A stretch of 64,000 bases of DNA, from positions 32,001 through 96,000 of the IMG/VR virus record IMGVR_UViG_3300025131_009739; one strand, written 5' to 3'. Both the position numbers and the translations under genes were made by a program. This document shows, one piece after another, positions 26,980 through 35,865 of this stretch. Position 1 is the first letter of the stretch. Each line of letters starts with the position of its first letter. The DNA is from a virus. The notes under the pieces were generated by a model. The model did no database searches and was not told the DNA's origin. It saw only the letters and a program-made list of their open reading frames with translations.

Positions 26980-29900
26980 TTAATAATTAACATAAGCAAA
27001 GTTACCCTTCTTTTCAATCTCAATTGTCATATCTACACAATCTTTCAATGTGTCCAAATGAGAAATGAGAAGAACAGTTTTGAAATATGATTTGACCATA
27101 TCTAAGATTCTAATAAATCCTTCCATATTTTCTTCGTCTAAAGCCGTTGCTGGCTCATCTAATATAAATAGATCCGGCTTTGGCAAACTTGACACATTTA
27201 ATAGTGCCAAACGAATTGCCATGGCTGCAATTGTTTTTTCTGAACCGGATCCTAATTCAATTGGTCTCGCATCAAATTTTGGATGCTTAATAAAAATCTC
27301 GAGTTTTTTGTCCTCTGCTTCAAAAAAGACCTGGAAGTCAACAATGTTGGCCAGCACTTTCGAAACTTCTGCATTAATATATGGTAATCGCTTTTTGATG
27401 ATATCATAAGCAACTCCATTAGAGTGTACACATCTCATAAATAAATCATAAGCAGCATATTCTTCGCGAAGATCATGAAGCTCTTGTTTGTTGTTCTCAA
27501 GATTTGTTAACATCTGTTCAATTGAACCATGCTCTTTGGAAAGTTCAATGAGACGATTTTGGCATTCTGACAAGTTTTCTTTTTCTCTCGTTGTAGCTCT
27601 CAAAAAATTATCTTTTTCAAAATTTAATGCTTCCAGATTTTCAATTGCTAACTTGTTCTTATTATATTCTACCACTTTTTCATTTAGTTGTTCAATCTCT
27701 TTTTTAAACCCAACAATTTTTGTTTTATTTTTTTGTATCTCCAGCTCATATGAAGAGTTTTCAGAATTTAGCTGACTTTGCTTTTCAATAAGCTTGTCAT
27801 ATTTTTCAATGTGTTCTTCAATCTTTTCTGGATTTAGTTCTTGAATTTCAGAAGATGTTTCTGTTTCTGTATTTCTTAACTCATCAATTTCTTGTCTTAC
27901 TTCATCAAGCTGTTTCAAGGCTCCGTAAGCATCTTTGATAAATTTGCAATGAGAAAATTCTTCGCCACAAGGAACTTCTTCTAAAAGTGCTGTTTTACCT
28001 TCTTTAATTTTTAGTTTGGTTTCATGCACTTTAATATCATTACAAATTAAATTTAATTGATTTTGTTTTTCAACAACAATAGATTTGTTATTTTTAATCT
28101 CTTCAATATCAAAATCATCATCTAAAAAGCTTCCAATTTTATCTAAAGTATCATTATTGTTCTTAATGTTTCCAAAAAACTTTTTATTCCTTCCAGTCAA
28201 CAAATCTTTTTCTTTTTTGTTTGTTTCTAAAGATTTTTCTGTTTCGTCTATATCAATCATTTCAACTGGAATTATATTTATTCTTTCGTTAATATCATCG
28301 ACTTGTGATTGATATGAATCAATCTTCTTTTCTATTTCTTCGCATGTGCTCTCTTGACTTTTATTTTCATTTTCAATTGCAACAAGCTTTTCATTTACTT
28401 CTTCTATTTGTTTATCAAATTCTGTACCCTCTAGTCTTTTAAGCATTCCTCTTAAATCAGCAACATCATCTTTTGCTAATTTAAACTTGCGTTCAAACAT
28501 TTCTAAATCTAGAAACTTGGCAAGAATTTCTTTTCTTCTTGTAGAGCCTTCACTAATAAACATAAGAGAGCCAAGTTGCGAAGCCATTGATGTAAAAAGA
28601 AAATCATCCAATGTCCCAAACATCTTTCTTATGCTTTTGTCAGTATCGTTTCTTGATAAACCATTCAAACTAATGTTTTCTCCAACAACTTCATCGCGCC
28701 TCGAAAAATCTATATCTGTTTTTGCTTCAACCGTTGTGCTGCCATGAAGCTTCTTTTCATATTTTTCTGTAGTTCTTTCAATTTCATAAACGTTGTGTCC
28801 AATTACAATCTCTGCCTTGCCTCTGCAATTGTCTTTTGTTTGATTAATCAGGTGAAGGTTCTTGCGATTGTTTTTGGAAGTCGAGTTGTACACAGTGTAT
28901 AATAAACTATCGATAATGCTTGATTTGCCTGAAAAGTTCTTTCCAAAAATACCAACAACCCCATTTAAGTTTTCAAAATTAATTTTATTCTTTTTACCAT
29001 AATTGAATAGATTGTCCCATTCAATACTTTTAAGTCTCCAATTAATATTTCTCGCCACTTCTTCATCTTCCTCAACAACAGAACTATATTTTGTATTGAG
29101 GTCCAAAACTTTTTCCATCACTTCATCGCTAGGATCGTAGTCTTTAAGATAATCTTTTATAAGTCTTTTTTGAACTGCCATATCTCGCAAATTTTCTTGA
29201 AAGATGTTCTTAATAGAATCATCCATATCTGCTCCATCACTGGTAGCTCTGTTTAAGAAAGTCACACTTTCTGGTTTAAATTTGGCCTTTGCCACATCAA
29301 CTGCTTTTTTTAATATGTCCAATGAGAGATTCTTATTAGAAACTAAACGAAGACGAGCGCCATCTGGAACTTTTATTTTGTTGGGGATTCTTCCTTTTGG
29401 TGTAAGATTAACAGTGATAAACGGTTTTGGGTTTATAAAAGAAACATGCTTGCAAGTAAATTTATCTTTATCTTGAACGTCCCATATCAACAAACCTTTA
29501 TCATTTGTCTCTCCTTGGTTCTGTTGAATTGTACTACCTGGATAACGAACCCTACCTTTAAGATCTAGCACCTGATTTGTTTTGTGAATGTCTCCAAGAA
29601 AAGCAAAATCAAATTTATCAAAGATTGATATATCATGATCTCCATGTTCCATTGTCCAACCGAGATCAGTTTTAACTCCAGAGATCGATCCATGATAAAG
29701 AGCAATATTAATTTTGTTTATGTCAGTTGGTTCAACCCACTTGTCTTCGTCAAAAATTGAAAGCACATTCAAGACAAACTTATCACCCACTAACACCTCA
29801 CCAGATGCCTTTAGGAGGCACAGATTTGGGTGTTCTAGGGCCTCAACGATAGGAGTGATGGCATCTTGCCTACTCGAGTTTCGGAGGTTTCCATCGTGGT

Positions 29901-30135
29901 TTCCGGGGATGACATAAGTGGGTGCAATGTCCGCTAAATTCTTGAGAAAGTTTGAAGCCATCTCAAAATATTCAGGACTCAATTGAGTTTTTGTATGTGC
30001 GAGATCTCCACAGTGAATAATACAATCGACTTCTTCCTCTCGCAACTTGTCGTATATTTGGTCGAATATTATACGATATTCATAGTGGTATTTTAAGTTG
30101 CGGATATGCGTATCCGCAAGGTGGGCGAACTTCAT
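26980..30135 (-). CDS. Fused SbcD/Mre11 (gp47-like) nuclease and SbcC/Rad50 (gp46-like) ATPase
   Basis: Phosphoesterase motifs ADTH, GDL, GNHD, LGDIH; then GKNFSGKS Walker A, long coiled coil, SGSE signature, FILDEP Walker B, ISH. Confidence 0.93.
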   Translation of the reverse strand: MKFAHLADTHIRNLKYHYEYRIIFDQIYDKLREEEVDCIIHCGDLAHTKTQLSPEYFEMASNFLKNLADIAPTYVIPGNHDGNLRNSSRQDAITPIVEALEHPNLCLLKASGEVLVGDKFVLNVLSIFDEDKWVEPTDINKINIALYHGSISGVKTDLGWTMEHGDHDISIFDKFDFAFLGDIHKTNQVLDLKGRVRYPGSTIQQNQGETNDKGLLIWDVQDKDKFTCKHVSFINPKPFITVNLTPKGRIPNKIKVPDGARLRLVSNKNLSLDILKKAVDVAKAKFKPESVTFLNRATSDGADMDDSIKNIFQENLRDMAVQKRLIKDYLKDYDPSDEVMEKVLDLNTKYSSVVEEDEEVARNINWRLKSIEWDNLFNYGKKNKINFENLNGVVGIFGKNFSGKSSIIDSLLYTVYNSTSKNNRKNLHLINQTKDNCRGKAEIVIGHNVYEIERTTEKYEKKLHGSTTVEAKTDIDFSRRDEVVGENISLNGLSRNDTDKSIRKMFGTLDDFLFTSMASQLGSLMFISEGSTRRKEILAKFLDLEMFERKFKLAKDDVADLRGMLKRLEGTEFDKQIEEVNEKLVAIENENKSQESTCEEIEKKIDSYQSQVDDINERINIIPVEMIDIDETEKSLETNKKEKDLLTGRNKKFFGNIKNNNDTLDKIGSFLDDDFDIEEIKNNKSIVVEKQNQLNLICNDIKVHETKLKIKEGKTALLEEVPCGEEFSHCKFIKDAYGALKQLDEVRQEIDELRNTETETSSEIQELNPEKIEEHIEKYDKLIEKQSQLNSENSSYELEIQKNKTKIVGFKKEIEQLNEKVVEYNKNKLAIENLEALNFEKDNFLRATTREKENLSECQNRLIELSKEHGSIEQMLTNLENNKQELHDLREEYAAYDLFMRCVHSNGVAYDIIKKRLPYINAEVSKVLANIVDFQVFFEAEDKKLEIFIKHPKFDARPIELGSGSEKTIAAMAIRLALLNVSSLPKPDLFILDEPATALDEENMEGFIRILDMVKSYFKTVLLISHLDTLKDCVDMTIEIEKKGNFAYVNY

Positions 30136-30161
30136 CGGACTCCTATTTTGCCTCTCTTGTT

Positions 30162-30190
30162 ACTATAACACAAAGTATTTTGCTTGTCAA
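30162..30190 (-). promoter_or_regulatory. Near-consensus sigma70 promoter for the SbcCD fusion gene
   Basis: TTGACA-17 nt-TATAGT with extended -10 TG; AGGAG SD downstream before ATG 30135. Confidence 0.75.
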
Positions 30191-30453
30191 GGATTAATAT
30201 TAAGATCTTCTTCAATCTCTTGCAACAAGTTCAAAAGCGCATCAAAACTTGCTGCAGCTTCCGGCGACCACTCCTCTGTTGTGAGCGACCTTAATTGCGA
30301 TAACAACTTCATTGCTTCTGTGGCTTTGTTCTCCGGAGGCATTTTGTAGCCGGGTGGCAGACGCTCTGAGGGATTAAATTCACTTTCATTAATATTTTCA
30401 AGCTCTTCTTTAATGATTTCTTTTAATCTTTCAGTCGAGATCTTCATTTTCAA
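30187..30453 (-). CDS. Small acidic hypothetical protein with LKEIIKEE motif
   Basis: MKISTERLKEIIKEELENINE. Confidence 0.65.
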   Translation of the reverse strand: MKMKISTERLKEIIKEELENINESEFNPSERLPPGYKMPPENKATEAMKLLSQLRSLTTEEWSPEAAASFDALLNLLQEIEEDLNINP

Positions 30454-30625
30454 TTTCCTTTATTTGTTGTTGAATATAAGAAGCAGCTTTAAAAAAGACA
30501 CTCTTCGCCAAATTGTAATCGCCATTTGTATTTTTAAGAGTCATGTTAACAACTTCTTTTGCAAAGTGTTCTACAATAGCTCTTCTATCGCCTTCGCTTA
30601 AATTATTTGTGGTGGTTAGTTTCAA
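30431..30625 (-). CDS. Small hypothetical protein
   Basis: 64-aa ORF with TTG start overlapping both neighbours. Confidence 0.5.
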   Translation of the reverse strand: MKLTTTNNLSEGDRRAIVEHFAKEVVNMTLKNTNGDYNLAKSVFFKAASYIQQQIKEIENEDLD

Positions 30626-30870
30626 TCTATTCTGCCACCGCTGCGTTCATGGGATGCCTTAAAAACAGCATCTAAGAGATCGTGGGCCGCAATATTAAAT
30701 TTCTGTATAACTTCTGGACCGACTTTCAATTCGTCTGCCAACTTAATAAAAAAGTCTTGTGAAGACCTTAACATTTTTTGAGCTTGTTTTAAATCGTCAA
30801 ATCGTCCTTCGGTGATTTCCTGAAGTTCTTCTTTAATAATTTGTTTAAGTTGAGACTTGGTTAGTTTCAT
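30622..30870 (-). CDS. Small hypothetical protein with LKQIIKEE motif
   Basis: MKLTKSQLKQIIKEELQEITE; ATGA overlap with the primase stop. Confidence 0.65.
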   Translation of the reverse strand: MKLTKSQLKQIIKEELQEITEGRFDDLKQAQKMLRSSQDFFIKLADELKVGPEVIQKFNIAAHDLLDAVFKASHERSGGRID

Positions 30871-31808
30871 TGCAACTCTCCTAAAGCTTCGTATAATAAG
30901 TAGTCATCAGAACCGCATAATGACGCTTCATTTTTTCGTTTCAAAAACTCATCTTTTGTCATCGACCCAATGTCGTCATAGCCGGCTGTATTTATTTTAT
31001 ATACTTCAATTCCATAATTCAATAAGTCTTTTATTATCTTCTTTGATTTGTTCTCGGCATCAACATCTAAACCAATATAAATTGGTGTATCATTCTTTAC
31101 GATCATCTGAAACAACTTTGAGTTCTCGCGCAAAGTAGAACCAAGAATTGGAACAGCATTTGGGCCAGCAATTATTGCATCAAAGATGCCTTCAACAATC
31201 ACAAGATCTTGATCGAGGTCTAGGTAAAGTTCATTAAATATTATATCTTTTGATACTGGAGGGTTGAGATATTTTTTCCATGCACCATTAAATGCTCTTG
31301 CAACAAAATAGTTTACATAACCTTCTTCATCAAAAGATGGAATGATAACTCTGTTATTATATTTTCCATTCATGCAACATCCAATTTTCCAACGAAGAAT
31401 CTCTTTCTTTGTTATTCCTCTATTCTTCAAATAATTTAAAGCAGGCGTCGTTACCAAAGGAAGGTTTTCATTTGCAAGAGATATAAATTCTTTTGGCAAG
31501 TCAAATCTTTGTATTTGTTCAGTTTCATCGTCTTCTGAAAATATATCATCAAATTTTGTTACATCTTCTCGACCATTTAATTTGTCCCATTGTTGAAGTG
31601 TGCGAAAATCACCATACTTTCTTACGAGACGCCGAAGAGAGCGACCATAATAATCACAAATCCAACACTTAAAAGCATCTTTCTCTAAATTAATAGAGAA
31701 TTTTCGTTTATGATGTTTGCATTTTGGACAATAAAAAAGGTGTTCATCGTTTGAATGATGAAATTTTCCAAAAATACTTTTTAGGAGTTGGAGCTTCTCT
31801 CCTTCCAT
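30867..31808 (-). CDS. DNA primase (zinc finger + TOPRIM)
   Basis: CPKC...CWIC zinc finger, YLKNRGI, RVIIP, YFVAR, KYLNP, VEGIFDA, GLDVD. Confidence 0.9.
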   Translation of the reverse strand: MEGEKLQLLKSIFGKFHHSNDEHLFYCPKCKHHKRKFSINLEKDAFKCWICDYYGRSLRRLVRKYGDFRTLQQWDKLNGREDVTKFDDIFSEDDETEQIQRFDLPKEFISLANENLPLVTTPALNYLKNRGITKKEILRWKIGCCMNGKYNNRVIIPSFDEEGYVNYFVARAFNGAWKKYLNPPVSKDIIFNELYLDLDQDLVIVEGIFDAIIAGPNAVPILGSTLRENSKLFQMIVKNDTPIYIGLDVDAENKSKKIIKDLLNYGIEVYKINTAGYDDIGSMTKDEFLKRKNEASLCGSDDYLLYEALGELQ

Positions 31809-32320
31809 AAATTATAACCTGCTCTCGCGATAATTAAACTGTCTGCCCGATCATAAGAACCAGGCTTGGGATTACCTTGTTTTGTATATTCTACCACAAA
31901 ATTTGGTTCGTTGTCAAGAATATATTGAAGAACGACCTGTTTTGCCTTTTCTCCACGAGGAATTTTAATACCATTTGATTTTCTAGCAGTTGATGCTCCA
32001 ATGTATTCTGGTTCAATTCCTACTACATCTAAACATATGTAAGATACTATACCATTAAACTTCGCTAATGTCAATAAAGTTTTTGCTGAAGAAAAACCAG
32101 GTCTAAAAGCTTGCAGAGACTGTTCAACAAAAATATGTTCGATGCGAAATTTGATAGTTAAATCTAATAATTTGCTTTTAACAAATTCTGCTTTTGTATA
32201 CGGACTTGGAAAACGGTTTTTGTTTCTCATATCCCAAGCTTCACAATATAATACTTTGCCAGTAACATCAAGAATAGTCACACCAGTTATTGATGTTGAA
32301 ATGTCTAAGCCTAAGATCAC
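31781..32320 (-). CDS. RuvC-like Holliday junction resolvase
   Basis: ILGLDISTSITG, IFVEQ, DRADSLIIA catalytic pattern; GTG start. Confidence 0.85.
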   Translation of the reverse strand: MILGLDISTSITGVTILDVTGKVLYCEAWDMRNKNRFPSPYTKAEFVKSKLLDLTIKFRIEHIFVEQSLQAFRPGFSSAKTLLTLAKFNGIVSYICLDVVGIEPEYIGASTARKSNGIKIPRGEKAKQVVLQYILDNEPNFVVEYTKQGNPKPGSYDRADSLIIARAGYNLWKERSSNS

Positions 32321-32332
32321 AATTACATTATA

Positions 32333-33538
32333 TCAAAAATCTAACTTAAGCTTAAATGTAAATTCTCGATCTTCAGTTTTTTTAACTGGTGTTGCTAATT
32401 TAGCAACACCTAAAAGATTTTTATCATCGTCGTAAAGCCCAATTTGAGAAATATATGTTTGTTTCTTAAAACTAGCGCTGTGATGTGAGTGAGAACTAGT
32501 GACTATATTTTTTATTAGCATTTTATCACTCTCAAAGTAACTTGTCATACTAGCTGTAATGTCCGTAGATTCAGGTCCGGACCCAGATTTTCTATATGTT
32601 GGATTACTTGAATGATTTAAAAGGCCTTTTGGAGCATGAGCTAACATTGTTAATGTCGGAACATAATTTACCCCTTCAAATTCCATAGAATAACTGGAAG
32701 AGAACGCATCACCAGTGTCGTATGTAGGGTCATTAGCTCCGTTCGCGAAGAAATACCATGCTGGGGCCTGTGAGGCGCCGGTGGTTCCGTTGTGATATAC
32801 ATCTGTAAAGGCGCCTTCGTGTAAGTCCCATGACCCAGTTAAAATAAGAAACCCTTCATTGTATAATACAACTCCAGCTACATTACCAGTAGCATGAACC
32901 GAACTGGTAACTTCGATTAATTCTCCATTTTTACCTATATCATGCAACTCTGCCAATAAAGTTCCACTTACATAATATTTTAAACGAACAGACCCTTTTC
33001 TTATGGAAGATCCATAAAAAATAGAAGGAATACTTATTAAACTTAATCTTTGTGAATTTTTTTCACATCCTGGAACATTAGATGATGAATATGCATAATG
33101 AGGACTATTAACTGTGTAATAATCTAAAGTAATACGAAGAGCGTCAATATAGTCTCTTGGATTAGCCAGAGCAGAATGTGAAAATGATATAGAAGCAGAT
33201 AAAGGATAAGAGCCCTGTATCTCATCTCCGTATGAAAAGTCAGTATTAAAGTCGCTAGTTGCAGCTGTTCTGAACGATGTTAAACTTCCCTGTTTTGTTA
33301 TAAAAGGATATATTAGCTGGTCAGATGACCTATCAACATTTAGCTCGTATAAACTAACATATCCATATGGAACGTGATTCAAAAAATCACTTGTAGCTGT
33401 GCGATTAGCGTCGGATCGCATAAATTTTGGATTGTTGTTGTAATAAACTTGGCCATCATAAATAACAAATTCATTTTTAGGATAAGTCTTTATCCTATTA
33501 TGAAATACATCCGTTGGTCCAAACTTATAGTATGGCAT
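32333..33538 (-). CDS. Baseplate/tail structural protein
   Basis: C-terminal TYISQIGLYDDDKNLLGVAKLATPVKK resembles the tail-fibre attachment (DUF3751-like) motif; paralog of the next gene. Confidence 0.65.
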   Translation of the reverse strand: MPYYKFGPTDVFHNRIKTYPKNEFVIYDGQVYYNNNPKFMRSDANRTATSDFLNHVPYGYVSLYELNVDRSSDQLIYPFITKQGSLTSFRTAATSDFNTDFSYGDEIQGSYPLSASISFSHSALANPRDYIDALRITLDYYTVNSPHYAYSSSNVPGCEKNSQRLSLISIPSIFYGSSIRKGSVRLKYYVSGTLLAELHDIGKNGELIEVTSSVHATGNVAGVVLYNEGFLILTGSWDLHEGAFTDVYHNGTTGASQAPAWYFFANGANDPTYDTGDAFSSSYSMEFEGVNYVPTLTMLAHAPKGLLNHSSNPTYRKSGSGPESTDITASMTSYFESDKMLIKNIVTSSHSHHSASFKKQTYISQIGLYDDDKNLLGVAKLATPVKKTEDREFTFKLKLDF

Positions 33539-33541
33539 TTT

Positions 33542-34741
33542 TTAATAATCCAGACGCACCCTCATTGTCAGCTCTGTATCGGGCGTTTTTTTCAGAGGCT
33601 CAGAGAGCTTGGCAACTGCTAACAGTTCATTATCAGCAGAATATAGTCCAACTGTAGTAATATATGACACAGGCTGATCTAATGAAGTGTTTTTAACTTG
33701 AATTTTACTAGCGCTCAGATAAGTTGGATTTGCGCTATAATTAAACTCATTATGATTTGCTCTACAGAAATAAATTGTTGAATTTAATTCTGTTGTGTTA
33801 TTAAAAGAAATACTTTGAATTCTGTTTCTTATCGCATCTGCAGAGGCTGAAATTGCGGATCCTGTCAACACTGCTCCGAAGGTAGCGATTCCGCCATTAT
33901 TTGGATTGTGAGGAAGATGGACTGGATAATCTGCTCGCGAGGCTGTAACATGATTGAGAAAATGATCAGAAGCAGAAAGAACAATTATACCAGCTTGATA
34001 AAAGATGAGACCAGAAACACCAGAGCCTCCGACGCCCGGGCCTGCGATGGGGACCGCAGATAGGTCCGAAACTCCAGCAATTACAGATGCCGACAACACA
34101 CCATATTCTCCAGCTGGTGAATCAGTATAATATGATCCGGTACCCTGATCGTCGTGAATTTTGGTAATGTAGCTCCAAACCTTCGGTTCGGCGGAGTCGG
34201 GACTTGCAAGAGAACCAGTGCCCATATAAAGACTAAAGGAGCCTTTTTTAATTTCATCTTTTACTAATAAACGCGAGAAACTAATAAAATAACCTTGAAG
34301 AATTTCATCTCCACCTGGAATTTTAAACTTCTTGATTGTTCCATCAGTGTTGTGACCCATAAGAATCTGAGCCATTTGATTGTAAATATTTAATTTATCA
34401 CTATTTTGATAGTTATTAAGTCCACTTAGATCTGGTCCGCCCCAAATATGTGTTTTCCCATCATGGTGAGCAGCGCCGGTAGCGTGCCATCTAGAACTGG
34501 AATGGTATCCGCAAGTGATGTCAAAAATGTGATTCGCAGATGAACTCAGATATGGATAATCATAAACAGATTGAAACATTCCGTGAGAATAATTTTTGAT
34601 ATTATTTTCGCTTCCAAGTTCAATGGTGGAAGCACCATATGTACCAGAAACAATTGTCCCTGTTATAGGAATCGCTTCATGAAGCAGCGTTCTAGTTGTT
34701 GTAACATCATTATTTGCATAAGTTTTAAATGTTGTAGCCAT
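33542..34741 (-). CDS. Baseplate/tail structural protein
   Basis: EIKKGSF..., GLIFYQAGIIVL, C-terminal YITTVGLYSADNELLAVAKLSEPLKK shared with 32333..33538. Confidence 0.65.
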   Translation of the reverse strand: MATTFKTYANNDVTTTRTLLHEAIPITGTIVSGTYGASTIELGSENNIKNYSHGMFQSVYDYPYLSSSANHIFDITCGYHSSSRWHATGAAHHDGKTHIWGGPDLSGLNNYQNSDKLNIYNQMAQILMGHNTDGTIKKFKIPGGDEILQGYFISFSRLLVKDEIKKGSFSLYMGTGSLASPDSAEPKVWSYITKIHDDQGTGSYYTDSPAGEYGVLSASVIAGVSDLSAVPIAGPGVGGSGVSGLIFYQAGIIVLSASDHFLNHVTASRADYPVHLPHNPNNGGIATFGAVLTGSAISASADAIRNRIQSISFNNTTELNSTIYFCRANHNEFNYSANPTYLSASKIQVKNTSLDQPVSYITTVGLYSADNELLAVAKLSEPLKKTPDTELTMRVRLDY

Positions 34742-34755
34742 ATTTTTTACCTTTT

Positions 34756-35799
34756 TTAATCTACTCGTTTAACAAATCTAAATGGAATATCTATTCTATA
34801 CCCAGTTGTAGCGCCAGTGATTCGAATTGTTGTATCAATATAATGTACTGTTGCGTTCCCGGCTCCGCCGTTACTAGTGGTCGGCAGCGCCCAAGAGGCA
34901 TAATTAGTTGTGCCCAGTCTCTGAAATAAGAAATTGCTTGTTTGCAACTCTGTTGAAGCAGCAATTTTAAATCTCAACGTTGTTCCTCGCGGACCTTTTA
35001 ATTGGCTGTTTTCTCGGGATGTTGTAGCGAGGTCTGTCCAACTAGTAATATCTTTAACAAAGCCCGGATCCGTTCCCAACGACACAAAATAACTAGCAAT
35101 ATTATCGTCATCAATAAAAGAGACTGCAGCGGGAGAGCCAGTTGTGCCCGCCATTTTACCCAAGGAACCGGGCGCAACAATTGTTCCTAATCTATTATCC
35201 ATCTCAATTATATATTGAGTTTCAATTAAGTCACTCGATAATCTATGTTTTGGGTGAATTTCATCAGTGTTTAATCCTTGGTCTAAACGAACATATACTT
35301 CTTCAAACTTACCCGGCTCGAAGCCATTCATAGTGCCATCCGGATCTTTATCGACAGAATCGGGAATAAGTCCGGGGTTTGTTTGATCGGCTTGTGGGTT
35401 CAATGTTGTTCTAGATGTTCTTTCATCAACAGTAACAACGTAGTGTGTGCCATCAGCTTTTCCAAAACTATTATTAAGGCGTCGACGCGTGTTTGATTGG
35501 TTCAAAAGAATGACCGGAAGATATAAAAGATTTGTTCTAGGGATTGAAAGTAATTTACTTTTCATCATAGATGTGTTGTTTGTAAACGCTTCTAAAACGG
35601 GAGTTTGCAAAACAGTCAAATCATAATAAGCGCTTCCGGATGCATGGTTTTTATTGTAATTATTATAATTAATCTCATCATCGCCTAAAGCAAATTTTGC
35701 AATTTTAAAAGTACCATCTCCTTTCGCAAGCCTCATTCTACCTGTATCGGTTAATACAGCGTCTAAAATAATATCGCCGCTATTGTCAAGAAAAGCCAT
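34756..35799 (-). CDS. Baseplate/tail structural protein
   Basis: DAVLTDTGRMRLAKG..FKIAKFALGDDEINY N-terminus resembles the start of tail-fibre attachment domains; SD AGGAG. Confidence 0.6.
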   Translation of the reverse strand: MAFLDNSGDIILDAVLTDTGRMRLAKGDGTFKIAKFALGDDEINYNNYNKNHASGSAYYDLTVLQTPVLEAFTNNTSMMKSKLLSIPRTNLLYLPVILLNQSNTRRRLNNSFGKADGTHYVVTVDERTSRTTLNPQADQTNPGLIPDSVDKDPDGTMNGFEPGKFEEVYVRLDQGLNTDEIHPKHRLSSDLIETQYIIEMDNRLGTIVAPGSLGKMAGTTGSPAAVSFIDDDNIASYFVSLGTDPGFVKDITSWTDLATTSRENSQLKGPRGTTLRFKIAASTELQTSNFLFQRLGTTNYASWALPTTSNGGAGNATVHYIDTTIRITGATTGYRIDIPFRFVKRVD

Positions 35800-35821
35800 A
35801 GATTTACTCCTTTTTATATTA

Positions 35822-35829
35822 TAAGTAGT
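35822..35829 (-). promoter_or_regulatory. ACTACTTA motif, putative late promoter
   Basis: About 23 nt upstream of ATG 35799; the same octamer occurs at 12..19 and 14795..14802. Confidence 0.5.
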
Positions 35830-35865
35830 TCTTTTTTTATAAAAAAGTTAATTTTAAATATCTCT

